Below are positions 23,691-35,784 of a stretch of DNA of 64,000 bases, piece by piece (the stretch's first letter is position 1; each line of letters starts with the position of its first letter). The notes under the pieces are model-generated. The model did not search any database. It was not told the DNA's origin and saw only the letters and a list, made by a program, of their open reading frames with translations. The stretch spans positions 1,280,001 to 1,344,000 of the forward strand of contig CAVOFT010000001.1 in NCBI GenBank assembly GCA_963695095.1, given 5' to 3'. The stretch comes from an uncultured bacterium. Its GTDB lineage: Bacteria; Krumholzibacteriota; Krumholzibacteriia; JACNKJ01. The translations under genes and the position numbers were made by a program.

Positions 23691-23899
23691 TGGCGCTCAC
23701 AAGCTCGTTGCGTAGCGGCAGCCGACCTCCACCTTTTCTCCCAGGCGCCAAAGCCTCTGGCGACTTGAGCTTGCCCGCTCTAGCCGCCGGCAATCTAAAG
23801 AATCTTGCGCAAGTCCATGTCGGTGTACTCTGGCGCTGCGAATCGCCCATGCAAGTGGCTCATTTGCAAGGGGATAAATCCCCCGATCGCGAGCGGTTA

Positions 23900-23915
23900 T
23901 GGCATGCTCCCTGCA
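23900..23915 (+). promoter_or_regulatory. sigma54 (-24/-12) promoter
   Basis: TGGCAT-GCTCC-CTGCA, GG-N10-GC exact; preceded by palindromic, more AT-rich elements at 23790-23885. Confidence 0.75.
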
Positions 23916-23925
23916 GTTGAACGCT

Positions 23926-24196
23926 TGAAGTGAGGAGGGCGCCAGGCTTGGCAGGTATGAGGCTCTTTCCAAGCTTCCTCGAGGGACTCGAACGGAATTG
24001 ATAGGGGAAGTCAGCCGGATTCGATGTCGTTCCTCGGGCCGATCGGAAGCGTCCGATGAGTCGATTGACTCGGTCCTTGCGTGAAGTGTGGGGCAACACG
24101 CCAGGGCAATCGGCGAGTCCGATCGAAGGAGATGTACTCCTCTCCTTGATGCTGAGATGTGCGAGGCAGGAGGGCGCAAGCCCTCTTGCCTTTTTT
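23926..24196 (+). ncRNA. Candidate sigma54-dependent structured RNA (~270 nt), family not recognised
   Basis: Bounded by the sigma54 promoter and an intrinsic terminator; no long ORF fits inside; at least five short hairpins. Confidence 0.55.
24164..24196 (+). terminator. Rho-independent terminator
   Basis: AGGCAGGAGGGC-GCAA-GCCCTCTTGCCT stem with GNRA loop followed by a T-run. Confidence 0.85.
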
Positions 24197-24300
24197 GATG
24201 CGAGTCGGCCGCTGAGCTCACCTTGCCGGCTTCTGCCATCGACCATGCCGGGCCGGCATGGGGGACAATGGGATCCTCTTTTCTGCGATCCCGTCTAGGC

Positions 24301-24329
24301 TTGACCCTCCTTTGTGAATGCTCTAACTT
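24301..24329 (+). promoter_or_regulatory. Putative sigma70 promoter of the act operon
   Basis: TTGACC-N17-TAACTT, 8 nt before ATG 24338. Confidence 0.45.
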
Positions 24330-24337
24330 GCGCCCCC

Positions 24338-25006
24338 ATGCAGAGCAGCAGACCGCGCGGCCGAGTCCTGTTCCCTCCCTGGACCAACGCCATTCGCCCG
24401 CTGGCGACGGTGGCGATCTTGGGCGGCCTTCTGTACACGGTTGTCTTGATCGCCTACGCCACCTCGCCCCGGACCACGAACGTCGGCTATGCTCCGACCC
24501 AGCCCGTGCTCTACAGCCACGCGCTCCACGTGGGTACCCTCGGCCTGGACTGCCGCTACTGCCACCTGGGCGTCGAGACCGGGGCCAAGGCGACCCTGCC
24601 ACCCACGCAAACCTGCATGAACTGCCACGCGAGTGTGCGCAGCGCCAGCGAGAAGCTGGCGCCCGTCCTCGCGAGCTACGCGACGGGGATGCCCATCCCC
24701 TGGGTGCGGGTGCACGACCTGCCCGATTTCGCCTACTTCGACCATAGTGCCCATGTGCGCCGCGGCGTGGGTTGCGCCTCCTGTCATGGCCGCATCGATC
24801 AAATGGAGGTGGTGAGCCAGGTCGAGCCCTTGCACATGGGTTGGTGCCTGGACTGCCATCGCCGGCCCGAGCCTCACCTGCGGCCGCTCGCCGCCGTCAC
24901 CGCCATGGACTGGGCGCCGGCAGGCGATCCGGTAGCGCTGGGCGCCGAGCTTCGCCGGGAGTACAACATCCAACCGCCGACGGACTGTTCCACATGTCAT
25001 CGTTAG
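24338..25006 (+). CDS. actA: Alternative complex III pentaheme cytochrome c ActA
   Basis: N-terminal TM; five CxxCH motifs (CRYCH, CMNCH, CASCH, CLDCH, CSTCH); start could alternatively be 24314. Confidence 0.92.
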   Translation: MQSSRPRGRVLFPPWTNAIRPLATVAILGGLLYTVVLIAYATSPRTTNVGYAPTQPVLYSHALHVGTLGLDCRYCHLGVETGAKATLPPTQTCMNCHASVRSASEKLAPVLASYATGMPIPWVRVHDLPDFAYFDHSAHVRRGVGCASCHGRIDQMEVVSQVEPLHMGWCLDCHRRPEPHLRPLAAVTAMDWAPAGDPVALGAELRREYNIQPPTDCSTCHR

Positions 25007-28000
25007 AAGATCGCCAAGGCGGCTACTGGCGCACGCTCCAGGAGTACGCCGCCTCGCCCGAGTTCCGGGCCCTCTGCGCGGAGGAGTTCCCGCGCGGCGC
25101 CGATGCCGCGCCCGATCCCCTGTCGCGCCGGGGCTTCCTGAAGATCATGGGCGCCTCCGTCGCCCTGGCCGGCCTGGCCGGTTGCCGCTGGCCGCGCGAG
25201 ACCATCGTGCCGCGCGCCTACCAGCCGGCGGGCCAGACGCCCGGGCTGACGCGGAGCTTCGCCACGGCCTTCGAGCTTGCGGGCAGCGCGAGCGGTCTGC
25301 TCGTGACCAGCTTCGAGGGCCGCCCGATCAAGGTGGAGGGCAACCCCGAGGATCCCATCGGGCGCGGCGCCGCCGATGCGCTGGCCCAGGCGGCCATCCT
25401 CGAGCTCTACGATCCGGATCGCAGCCGCAGTCCCCTGTTGCGCGAGGGCGGCGAGCAGCGGCAGGACTGGGCCCGCTTCGCCATCGCCGCCGAGGCGGCG
25501 ATGGCCCCCCTGCGCGCCGCCGGCGGCCGTGGGCTGGCGATCCTCGCCGAGGGCAGCAATTCGCCTGCCCTGGCCGCGCAGCGCCGCCGGTTCCTGACGA
25601 CCTACCCGGCGGCGCGCTGGCAGGCCTGGGAGCCGCTCAACCAGGACAACAGCTACGCGGGCACGGCCCTGGCCTTCGGCCGCCCCCTGCGGCCCGTGGC
25701 CGATCTCGGGGCCGCGGCGGTGATCCTGGCCCTGGATGCCGACCTGCTCGCCGATCATCCGGCGGCGCTCGCCCATGCGCGCGGCTATGCGGCCGGCCGC
25801 AATCCGGACGGGCAGATGAACCGGCTCTACGTGGTCGAGAGCCGCTTCAGCATCACGGGCAGCATGGCCGACCACCGCTTGCCGCTGGCGGCGGGCCGCA
25901 GCGAAGCCTTCACCTTCGCGCTGGCCGCGGCGCTGCTGCACCGACTCGAGGCCGAGCTGCCCGGCGAGCTGCGCGCGCTCGGCCACGGCCTGGTCGGGGC
26001 GTCCGCCGCCGAGGGCGATGCCGACTTCCTGGCCGCTCTCGTCGACGACCTGCTTGCCGCCCGCTCCGGCGCGCTCATCGTTGCGGGGTCCAGTCAGACG
26101 CCGCGCGTCCATGCCCTGACGGCCCTGCTCAACACCCTGCTCGGCGGCGTGGGCCGCACGCTGCGCTACGTGGCGCCGCCCGCCGGCGAGGAAACGGCCC
26201 AGCTTGCCGGCCTCGCCGCGCTCACCCGCTCCATGGCGGCCGGCGAGGTGGAGACGCTGATCGTCCTGGGCGGCAATCCGGTCTACGATGCGCCGGCGGA
26301 CCTGGACTTCGCTGCCGCCCTGGAGCGCGTCGCCACCAGCGTCCATCTGTCGCTCTACGACAACGAAACCTCGCGGCGCTGTCGCTGGCATCTGCCGCGC
26401 GCCCATTTCCTCGAGTCCTGGGGCGACGCCCTGGCCTGGGACGGCAGCTACTACAGCATGCAACCCCTCATCGAGCCGCTCTACGGGGGCAAGAGCCCGG
26501 GCGAACTGCTCGCCTTGCTGGCCGCGGGCGGGGGCGCCGCGAGCGGCCATGAGCAGCTCCGCGCGAGCCTGTCCGAACGCTTGCCCAAGGATTTCGAGCC
26601 GGCCTGGCGCCGCCTGCTCCACGATGGCGTGCTCGCCGACTCCGCCTTCCCGGCGGAGCCGGTGTCGCTGGCGGCGAGTTCGCTGGCGGCGGCCCTGGCG
26701 GCCCCTCCGGCCGCAGCGGCCCCGGGCGAGCAGCCCCTCGAACTCGTGCTGCACCGCGACCACTGCCTCTTCGACGGCCGCTTCGCCAACAACGGCTGGC
26801 TCCAGGAATTGCCCGATCCGCTGAGCAAGATCACCTGGGACAATGCGGCGGCGCTCAGCCCGGCCACGGCCGCGCGCCTGGACCTCGCGCACGGCGATCG
26901 CGTGCGCCTGAGCGCGGACGGCCGCAGTCTCGACGCCGCCGTCGCCGTGCTGCCGGGCATCGCGGCCGGCAGCGTGGCCCTGGCCCTCGGCTACGGCCGC
27001 CAGGCGGCGGGCGCGGTGGGCAACGGCGTCGGCTTCGATGCCTACCGCCTGCGCACGAGCCGGGCGCTCCACGCGGCGTCCGACCTGAGGGTCGAAAAGC
27101 TGGGCGGCCAGTACCTGCTCGCGGGCACGCAGGACCACTACCTCATCGATCCCGTCGGCTTCGCGGGGCGCGAGGCGCGCGTAGGCGAGCTGGTCCAGTC
27201 CGCCGATCTGGCCACCTACCGTGCCGAACCCGACTTCGCGCGCCACGAGGGGCATCATCCCCCGCTGGTTTCGCTCTGGCAGGAGCACGCCTACGAGGGG
27301 CACCGCTGGGGCATGGCGATCGACCTGAACACCTGCATCGGCTGCGGGGCCTGCGCCGTGGCCTGCCAGGCCGAGAACAACATCCCGGTGGTGGGCAAGG
27401 ATGAGGTCGCCCGCGGCCGCGAGATGAGCTGGATCCGCCTGGATCGCTACTTCCAGGGCGAGCCGGAGAACCCGGCCAGCGTGGTGCAGCCCGTGGCCTG
27501 CGCCCAGTGCGAGCTGGCGCCCTGCGAGCAGGTCTGTCCCTTCCAGGCCACGACGCACAGCAGCGAGGGCCTCAATGACATGGTCTACAATCGCTGCGTG
27601 GGCACCCGCTATTGCGCCAACAACTGCCCCTACAAGGTGCGCCGCTTCAACTTCTATCACTACACCAAGGACGTGCCCGAGGTCGCCCGGCTGGCCTTCA
27701 ACCCGGAGGTCACCGTGCGCTCGCGCGGCGTGATGGAGAAGTGCACCTACTGCGTGCAGCGCATCCAGAACGTGAAGATCCAGGCCAAGAACGACGGGCG
27801 ACCGATCGCCGACGGCGAGATCCAGCCCGCCTGCATGCAGACCTGCCCGACCAAGGCCATCCGTTTCGGGGACTTGAATGACGAGGCGAGCGGCGTGGGT
27901 CGGCTCCACGGCGACCACCGCGCCTACTCCCTGCTGGCGGAGCTGAACATCAAGCCGCGGACGGCCTACCTGGCGCGCGTGACGAATCCCAACCCGAACC

Positions 28001-28038
28001 TGGCGAGCCCGCAGCATGAGCAGCGCAGTCATTCCTGA
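24994..28038 (+). CDS. actB: Alternative complex III ActB (molybdopterin-oxidoreductase-like plus Fe-S domain)
   Basis: YWRTLQE leader, TAT motif SRRGFLK with [16 protein letters not shown]-terminal [44 protein letters not shown]. Confidence 0.93.
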   Translation: MSSLEDRQGGYWRTLQEYAASPEFRALCAEEFPRGADAAPDPLSRRGFLKIMGASVALAGLAGCRWPRETIVPRAYQPAGQTPGLTRSFATAFELAGSASGLLVTSFEGRPIKVEGNPEDPIGRGAADALAQAAILELYDPDRSRSPLLREGGEQRQDWARFAIAAEAAMAPLRAAGGRGLAILAEGSNSPALAAQRRRFLTTYPAARWQAWEPLNQDNSYAGTALAFGRPLRPVADLGAAAVILALDADLLADHPAALAHARGYAAGRNPDGQMNRLYVVESRFSITGSMADHRLPLAAGRSEAFTFALAAALLHRLEAELPGELRALGHGLVGASAAEGDADFLAALVDDLLAARSGALIVAGSSQTPRVHALTALLNTLLGGVGRTLRYVAPPAGEETAQLAGLAALTRSMAAGEVETLIVLGGNPVYDAPADLDFAAALERVATSVHLSLYDNETSRRCRWHLPRAHFLESWGDALAWDGSYYSMQPLIEPLYGGKSPGELLALLAAGGGAASGHEQLRASLSERLPKDFEPAWRRLLHDGVLADSAFPAEPVSLAASSLAAALAAPPAAAAPGEQPLELVLHRDHCLFDGRFANNGWLQELPDPLSKITWDNAAALSPATAARLDLAHGDRVRLSADGRSLDAAVAVLPGIAAGSVALALGYGRQAAGAVGNGVGFDAYRLRTSRALHAASDLRVEKLGGQYLLAGTQDHYLIDPVGFAGREARVGELVQSADLATYRAEPDFARHEGHHPPLVSLWQEHAYEGHRWGMAIDLNTCIGCGACAVACQAENNIPVVGKDEVARGREMSWIRLDRYFQGEPENPASVVQPVACAQCELAPCEQVCPFQATTHSSEGLNDMVYNRCVGTRYCANNCPYKVRRFNFYHYTKDVPEVARLAFNPEVTVRSRGVMEKCTYCVQRIQNVKIQAKNDGRPIADGEIQPACMQTCPTKAIRFGDLNDEASGVGRLHGDHRAYSLLAELNIKPRTAYLARVTNPNPNLASPQHEQRSHS

Positions 28039-29479
28039 TCCTCGGGCCCAGCTCGACCTGCCGCCGGGCGCGCAGCCCGCGCTGGTCACGGGTGGCAAGG
28101 ACCTCGGCGCCGTCACGGCGACGGTCTGCAGCGTTTTCGAGCGCCGGCAGATGCCGCGGGTCTGGTACGCGGCGCTGGGCATCTCCAGCCTGCTGACGCT
28201 GGTTCTCTTCTCGATGATCGTCTACTTGATCGCGAAGGGCATCGGGGTCTGGGGCCTGAACAACCCGGTCGCCTGGGGCCTGGCCATCGTCAACCTCGTC
28301 TTCTGGATCGGCATCGGCCACGCGGGCACCCTGATCTCGGCCGTGCTGTTCCTGTTTCGCCAGAAGTGGCGCACGGGCATCAACCGCTTCGCCGAGACGA
28401 TGACGATCTTCGCCGTCGTCTGCGCCGGGCTCTTCCCGGCCATCCACGTCGGCCGCATCTGGCTACTGCACTGGATCTTCCCCATTCCCTACCAGCAGCA
28501 GGCCTGGCCGAACTTCCGCAGTCCGCTGCTGTGGGACGTCTTCGCCATCGGCACCTACATGCTCGTGTCGATCATGTTCTGGTACATGGGCATGGTGCCG
28601 GACCTCGCCACGCTGCGCGACCGGGCGGCCGGGCGCGCGCGGCAGATCATCTACGGGCTGCTGGCGCTGGGCTGGCGGGGCTCCAACCGCCACTGGCACC
28701 GCTTCGAGAAGGCCTACCTGCTGCTGGCGGGACTGGCGACGCCGCTGGTGCTCAGCGTGCACTCGGTGGTCAGCTTCGATTTCGCCACCAGCCAGATCCC
28801 CGGCTGGCACACGACGATCTTCCCGCCCTACTTCGTCGCCGGCGCCATCTTCGGCGGCTTCGCGATGGTGAGCACGATCGTCCTGCCGACGCGCAAGCTC
28901 TTCGGTCTCGAGGACCTGATCACGCCCAAGCACCTGGAAGTGATGGCCAAGATCATGCTCGCGACCGGCATGATGGTGGGCTACGCTTACGCGATGGAGT
29001 TCTTCATCGCCTGGTACAGCGGCAACCCCTACGAGACCTTCGCCTTCGTGAACCGGGCGCTGGGGCCCTACGCCTGGGCCTACTGGATCATGGTCAGCTG
29101 CAACGTGCTCAGCCCGCAGATCTTCTGGTTCAAGCGCCTGCGCCGCAATCTCTGGGTGATGTGGCTGGTGGCCGTGGCGATCAACGTCGGCATGTGGTTC
29201 GAGCGTTTCGTGATCGTCGTCAGCTCGCTCAGCCGCGATTTCCTGCCTTCGGCCTGGGGGCACTACTCGCCGACCGCGGTCGACTGGCTCACCCTGGCGG
29301 GCAGCTTCGGCCTCTTCTTCACGCTCTTCCTGCTCTTCCTGCGCGTGGCGCCGATCATCGCCATGGCCGAGGTGAAGACCGTGATGCCGCAGGCGCATTT
29401 CCACGATCCCGAGCACCCGGGCGCCGGCGACTACTGGGGCGACATCCCCGGCCGCTACGACCCCGTGAAGCCGGAGTAA
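28016..29479 (+). CDS. actC: Alternative complex III ActC (NrfD/PsrC family)
   Basis: [46 protein letters not shown]. Confidence 0.93.
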   Translation: MSSAVIPDPRAQLDLPPGAQPALVTGGKDLGAVTATVCSVFERRQMPRVWYAALGISSLLTLVLFSMIVYLIAKGIGVWGLNNPVAWGLAIVNLVFWIGIGHAGTLISAVLFLFRQKWRTGINRFAETMTIFAVVCAGLFPAIHVGRIWLLHWIFPIPYQQQAWPNFRSPLLWDVFAIGTYMLVSIMFWYMGMVPDLATLRDRAAGRARQIIYGLLALGWRGSNRHWHRFEKAYLLLAGLATPLVLSVHSVVSFDFATSQIPGWHTTIFPPYFVAGAIFGGFAMVSTIVLPTRKLFGLEDLITPKHLEVMAKIMLATGMMVGYAYAMEFFIAWYSGNPYETFAFVNRALGPYAWAYWIMVSCNVLSPQIFWFKRLRRNLWVMWLVAVAINVGMWFERFVIVVSSLSRDFLPSAWGHYSPTAVDWLTLAGSFGLFFTLFLLFLRVAPIIAMAEVKTVMPQAHFHDPEHPGAGDYWGDIPGRYDPVKPE

Positions 29480-29491
29480 GGGAGGAGGACG

Positions 29492-30067
29492 GTGAACGCG
29501 ACGCCAGGCAGCGGCAATCCCCGGCTCTTCGGCTACCTCGCCGAGTTCGAGTCGGTCAACGCGCTGATCGAAGCCTGCGAGCGCGTGCGCGACGAGGGCT
29601 TCACCCGCTGGGACGCGCACACGCCCTTCCCCGTGCACGGCCTCGATGCGGCAATGGGTCTGCGCAGCACGAAGCTGCCCTGGCTAGTCTTCGGCGCCGG
29701 CCTCAGCGGCGCCGGGATCGGCATGCTCATGCAGTGGTGGATGAACGCCGTGGACTATCCGCTCAACATCAGCGGCAAGCCGCTCTTCAGCATTCCAGCG
29801 AACATCCCCATCGCCTTCGAGGTGACGATCCTCTTCAGCGCGCTCACGGCCTTCGTGGGCATGCTCGCTCTCAACGGGCTGCCGCAGTATCACCATCCCA
29901 TCTTCCAGAGCGAGCGCTTCCGCCGGGCAAGCGACGACCGCTTCTTCATCAGCATCGAGGCCCGCGATCCCCGCTGCCGGGGCGAGATGACCGAACGCTT
30001 CCTCGCCGGGCTGGGCGCCGTGGCCGTCGAGCGCCTGAGCGTGGAGAGCGCGGAGGAGGCGAACTAG
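29492..30067 (+). CDS. actD: Alternative complex III ActD (DUF3341)
   Basis: DAHTPFPVHGLDAAMG, DYPLNISGKP, FEVTILF. Confidence 0.9.
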   Translation: MNATPGSGNPRLFGYLAEFESVNALIEACERVRDEGFTRWDAHTPFPVHGLDAAMGLRSTKLPWLVFGAGLSGAGIGMLMQWWMNAVDYPLNISGKPLFSIPANIPIAFEVTILFSALTAFVGMLALNGLPQYHHPIFQSERFRRASDDRFFISIEARDPRCRGEMTERFLAGLGAVAVERLSVESAEEAN

Positions 30068-30068
30068 C

Positions 30069-30728
30069 ATGCCGCGCTGGACGCTGAATCTGATCGTCGT
30101 CGGCGTGCTGCTGACCCTGATCCCGCTGGCGCTGGTGGCGAAGAACCGCATTGCCTCCCGCGGCGACCGCACGCGGATCAGCATCATCCCGGACATGGAC
30201 AAGCAGCCGAAGTACAAGGCCCAGGAGGCGAGCCCCCTGTTCGCCGACGGCCGCGCGGCGCGGGCGGAGCCGGCGGGGACGGTCGCCCGCGGCGAGTCGA
30301 TGGCCCCGCCGGCCTTCGCCGAGGGCCGCATGGGCGGCCAGTGGGTGACGGCCTTCCCCCTGCCGGTGGACTCGACGCTGCTCGCGCGCGGCCGCGAGCG
30401 CTACGGGATCTTCTGCGCCCCCTGCCACGGCCTGGCCGGCTACGGCGACGGCATCGTGCACGAGCGGGCGCTGGCCCTGGCCGAGGGCGGCTGGACGCCG
30501 CCCAGCAGCCTGCACACGGATCTGGTCCGCGAGCGACCGCTCGGCCAGCTCTACAACACGATCAGCGTCGGCATCCGCAACATGCCCGCCCACGGGCCGC
30601 AGATCCCGCCCCGGGATCGCTGGGCGATCGTCGCCTACGTCAAAGCGCTGCAGCTCAGCCAGCATGCGCGCCTGGAAGATCTGCCCGCGGCCGAGCGGGC
30701 GCAGTTCGCGGGGGGGAGTGCAGAATGA
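30069..30728 (+). CDS. actE: Alternative complex III monoheme cytochrome c ActE
   Basis: DMDKQPKYKAQ, PAGTVARG, CAPCH, NMPAHG...DRWAIVAYV. Confidence 0.88.
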   Translation: MPRWTLNLIVVGVLLTLIPLALVAKNRIASRGDRTRISIIPDMDKQPKYKAQEASPLFADGRAARAEPAGTVARGESMAPPAFAEGRMGGQWVTAFPLPVDSTLLARGRERYGIFCAPCHGLAGYGDGIVHERALALAEGGWTPPSSLHTDLVRERPLGQLYNTISVGIRNMPAHGPQIPPRDRWAIVAYVKALQLSQHARLEDLPAAERAQFAGGSAE

Positions 30729-31933
30729 AGCGGCCGCCGCGCTTGGACATCAACCAGGAAGCCCGCCATCTCGGCGCGGGCGGCGGGCGCGCCTTGCGCT
30801 TGTCCGCCTTCGTGGCGGTGCTCGGCTTCGCCGCCAGTTTCGCCCTGGGCGCCGCCGCCGGCAGCGCCCGCTTCTACCAGGCCTACCTGGTCAACTACGC
30901 TTTCTTCCTCAGCCTGTCGCTGGGCGCGCTCTTCTTCGTGCTCATCCAGCACGTGACCGGCGCCACCTGGAGCGTGGTCGTGCGCCGGCTGGCCGAGACC
31001 CTGGCCGCCAACCTGCCCTGGCTGGGGCTGCTGGCCGTTCCCGTGCTGCTGGGCATGCGCCAGCTCTATCCCTGGAGCGATCCCGTGCACGTCGCCCACG
31101 ACGCGCTGCTCACGGCCAAGGCGCCCTACCTCAACCCCGGCTTCTTCATCGTGCGCCTGGCGGTCTACTTCCTCGTCTGGACCTGGCTCTCGCTCTACTA
31201 TTTTCGGCGCTCCTGCGCCCAGGACGCCACGGGAGACGTCGCCCACACGCACGGCATGCAGCGGTTGAGCGGCCCTGGCCTGGTCCTCTTCGCCGTGACC
31301 GTGTCCTTCGCCAGCTTCGACCTGCTGATGAGCCTGAACCCGCACTGGTTCAGCACGATCTTCGGCGTCTACTTCTTCGCGGGCAGCGCGGTGAGCTGCT
31401 TCGCGCTGCTCGCCCTCTGGGCCCGCCTGCTCCAGAGGGGCGGCCTCCTCACGCGAGCGATCACGCGCGAGCACTACCACGACCTGGGCAAGCTGGTCTT
31501 CGCCTTCATCGTCTTCTGGGCCTACATCGCCTTCTCCCAGTACCTGCTGATCTGGTATGCCAACATCCCCGAGGAGACCGGCTGGTACCTGGCGCGGCAA
31601 ACCGGCGGCTGGACGGCGGTCACCGTGCTGCTGCTCTTCGGCCACTTCTTCGCGCCTTTCCTCGGCCTGCTCTCGCGCTACCCGAAGCGGCAGATGCTGC
31701 TGCTCATGCCGGGCGCCCTCTGGGTGCTGCTCATGCACTGGGTGGATCTCTACTGGCTGGTGATGCCGGGCTTCAGCCCGGGCCGCGTCCCGCTGCACCT
31801 GCTCGATTTGACGCTCTTCCTGGGCCTGGGCGGCCTCTCCGCGAGTCTGATCCTGCTGCGCCTGCGCGGCCGCAGCGTCATCCCCGAGCGGGACCCGCGA
31901 CTCGCCGCCTCCCTGGAGTTCGAGAATGCCTAG
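30725..31933 (+). CDS. actF: Alternative complex III ActF
   Basis: WSVVVRR, YLNPGFF, DLLMSLNPHWFSTIFG, HDLGKLVFAF, YANIPEETGWY. Confidence 0.9.
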   Translation: MKRPPRLDINQEARHLGAGGGRALRLSAFVAVLGFAASFALGAAAGSARFYQAYLVNYAFFLSLSLGALFFVLIQHVTGATWSVVVRRLAETLAANLPWLGLLAVPVLLGMRQLYPWSDPVHVAHDALLTAKAPYLNPGFFIVRLAVYFLVWTWLSLYYFRRSCAQDATGDVAHTHGMQRLSGPGLVLFAVTVSFASFDLLMSLNPHWFSTIFGVYFFAGSAVSCFALLALWARLLQRGGLLTRAITREHYHDLGKLVFAFIVFWAYIAFSQYLLIWYANIPEETGWYLARQTGGWTAVTVLLLFGHFFAPFLGLLSRYPKRQMLLLMPGALWVLLMHWVDLYWLVMPGFSPGRVPLHLLDLTLFLGLGGLSASLILLRLRGRSVIPERDPRLAASLEFENA

Positions 31934-32246
31934 CCCCGCGACCCGCCACGGGCGCGATGACCCGAAGAGCAGCAGCACCGCCTGGGTGGGCGCCATCGGC
32001 GGCCTCATCCTGCTGCTGCTCATTCTCGGCCTGCAGCTGGTCTTCCAGCGCTGGGAGGGCGAGGAGGAGGCAAGCAAGCGCGGGCGGGCGGGCGGCGAGC
32101 GCCTCGCGGCGCTCGAGGCCGCCCAGCGGGCCCAGCTCGAGGGCTATGGGGAGATCGACGCCGAGCGGGGCGTCCTGCGCATGCCCATCGAGGCGGCGAT
32201 GGCGCGCGTCGCCGCTCAGGCGAGTCAAGGCCAGGCGCAACCGTGA
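31926..32246 (+). CDS. Small single-TM protein of the ACIII/oxidase cluster (ActG-like position)
   Basis: One TM plus LEGYGEIDAERGVLRMPIEAAM; overlaps both neighbours. Confidence 0.65.
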   Translation: MPSPATRHGRDDPKSSSTAWVGAIGGLILLLLILGLQLVFQRWEGEEEASKRGRAGGERLAALEAAQRAQLEGYGEIDAERGVLRMPIEAAMARVAAQASQGQAQP

Positions 32247-33082
32247 TGGGGATCCGGCAACTGCTCTTCATGAGCGCGGCGCTGCTGCTGGCGCTCTGGC
32301 CGCGCGCCGCGGGTGCGCAGCCGGCTGACCAGGAGCCGGCGGCGCTCCAGGGACTGGGCATCTTCCACCAGGCGGGCGCGCAGGTGCCGCCGGAGCTGGC
32401 CTTCACGGACGAGCAGGGGCGAGCGGTGCGGCTCGGCGACTACTTCACCGGCGAGCGGCCGGTGATCCTCACCCTCGTCTATTACAACTGCCCGATGCTC
32501 TGCAACATCCTCCTCGACCGCTTCGTGGCCGGCCTCAAGGAGCTGGACTGGACGGCGGGACAGGAGTTCACGATCGTGACCGTGAGCATCGACCCTCGCG
32601 ATGACAGCGAGGGCGCCCGCCGGAAGCAGGCGCATCAGATCGAGAACTATGGGCGCCCCTCGGCGACCGCGGGCTGGCACTTCCTCACCGGGGAGCAGGC
32701 AGGCATCACGGCGATCGCCGACGCGGTGGGCTTCAAGTACGATTACGATGAGGATCGCGGCGAGTACATGCACGCTGCGGGCATCTTCGTGCTCACGCCG
32801 GCGGGCAAGGTGAGCCAGACCCTGCTCGGCCTCGACTTTCCGGCCAAGGATCTGCGCCTGGCCCTGGTCGAGGCCTCGGCCGGCAAGATCGGCAGCGCAC
32901 TGGACCGCGCCCTGCTGTTCTGCTTCCATTACGACGCCGCTGCGGGCCGCTACGCCCCGGCGGCGATGAACCTGATGCGGCTGGGTGGGGGCCTGTGCGC
33001 GCTCGTCCTGGCCCTGTGGCTGACCACGGTCTGGCGGCGCGGGCGCCGCCAGCGGCTGCTCGCAGGGGGATCGCACTCGTGA
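32243..33082 (+). CDS. SCO family copper chaperone
   Basis: YYNCPMLC (CxxxC), VSIDP, WHFLTG, YMHAAG. Confidence 0.9.
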   Translation: MMGIRQLLFMSAALLLALWPRAAGAQPADQEPAALQGLGIFHQAGAQVPPELAFTDEQGRAVRLGDYFTGERPVILTLVYYNCPMLCNILLDRFVAGLKELDWTAGQEFTIVTVSIDPRDDSEGARRKQAHQIENYGRPSATAGWHFLTGEQAGITAIADAVGFKYDYDEDRGEYMHAAGIFVLTPAGKVSQTLLGLDFPAKDLRLALVEASAGKIGSALDRALLFCFHYDAAAGRYAPAAMNLMRLGGGLCALVLALWLTTVWRRGRRQRLLAGGSHS

Positions 33083-34084
33083 ACGCGCTGAATTCGCTCT
33101 TCGGATCCGGGCCGAGCGCCTTCCTCGCGCAGGGCAGCGGCTCCTTCTGGCTGCCGCGGCAGGGCACCGCTCTCGCGGGCGAAGTGGACAGCATCTTCAA
33201 CTTCATCCTCTGGCTCAGCCTGTTCTTCTTCGTGCTCATCGTCGGCGTGATGGGGGTCTTCATCGTCCGCTACCGGCAGCGCCGCGCGGGTGAGGAGGCG
33301 GCCAGCAGCGCCTCCCACAACACGGCGCTGGAGCTGACCTGGACCCTGGTGCCCGTGGCGCTGGTGATCGTGATCTTCACGGTCGGCTTCCGCGGCTATC
33401 TCAAGCTGGCCGTGCCGCCGGGCGACGCCTACGAGGTGCTCGTCACGGGCCAGAAGTGGAACTGGCAGTTCACCTACCCCAATGGCTACAGCGACGCCCA
33501 GCTGCACGTGCCGGTGGACAAGCCGGTCCGCCTGGTGATGACTTCCCAGGACGTCATCCACAGCTTCTATCGTTCCCGATTTCCGCGTGAAGCAGGACGT
33601 GGTGCCGGGTCGCTACACCAAGGTCTGGTTCAATGCCGAAGCGCCGGGCGAGCACGTCATTCTCTGTGCCGAGTTCTGCGGCACGGGCCACTCCGACATG
33701 AGCTCGAAGGTGATCGTGCATCCGGCCGGCGAGTTCGAGACCTGGCTGGAGGACGTGGGCGGCTTCCTCGACAAGCTGCCTCCCGCCGAGGCGGGCGAAC
33801 GTCTCACCCACAGCCTGGGCTGCAATGCTTGCCACAGCGCGGACGGTTCGCGCATGGTGGGACCCACGTACAAGGGGCTCTTCGGCAGCCCGCGCCGCCT
33901 GAAGGACGGCAGCACCGTCACCGCCGACGAGGACTACATCCGCGCGTCGATGCTCGATCCCCAGAGCCAGGTGCTGGAGGGCTTCGATCCGGTGATGCCC
34001 ACCTTCCAGGGCCGGGTGCAGGAGAAGGAGATCGCGGTGATCATCGCCTACATCAAGTCCCTGAGCGATCGAGAGGCCCCGTAG
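33079..34084 (+). CDS. coxB: Cytochrome c oxidase subunit II with fused cytochrome c (caa3 type), frameshift near 33575
   Basis: HNTALELTWT, QKWNWQF, DVIHSF then KQDVVPG...CAEFCGTGHSDM (CuA); C-terminal CNACH. Confidence 0.9.
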
Positions 34085-34085
34085 C

Positions 34086-35756
<1,671 letters not shown>

Positions 35757-35784
35757 GGCGCTCGGACGAAGCGGCAGAGAACGC

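Noticed and set aside
24056..24298. 80-aa ORF (and minus-strand 23860-24246) in the region called as sRNA
   Set aside because: No SD, atypical composition, and the plus ORF runs through the strong terminator
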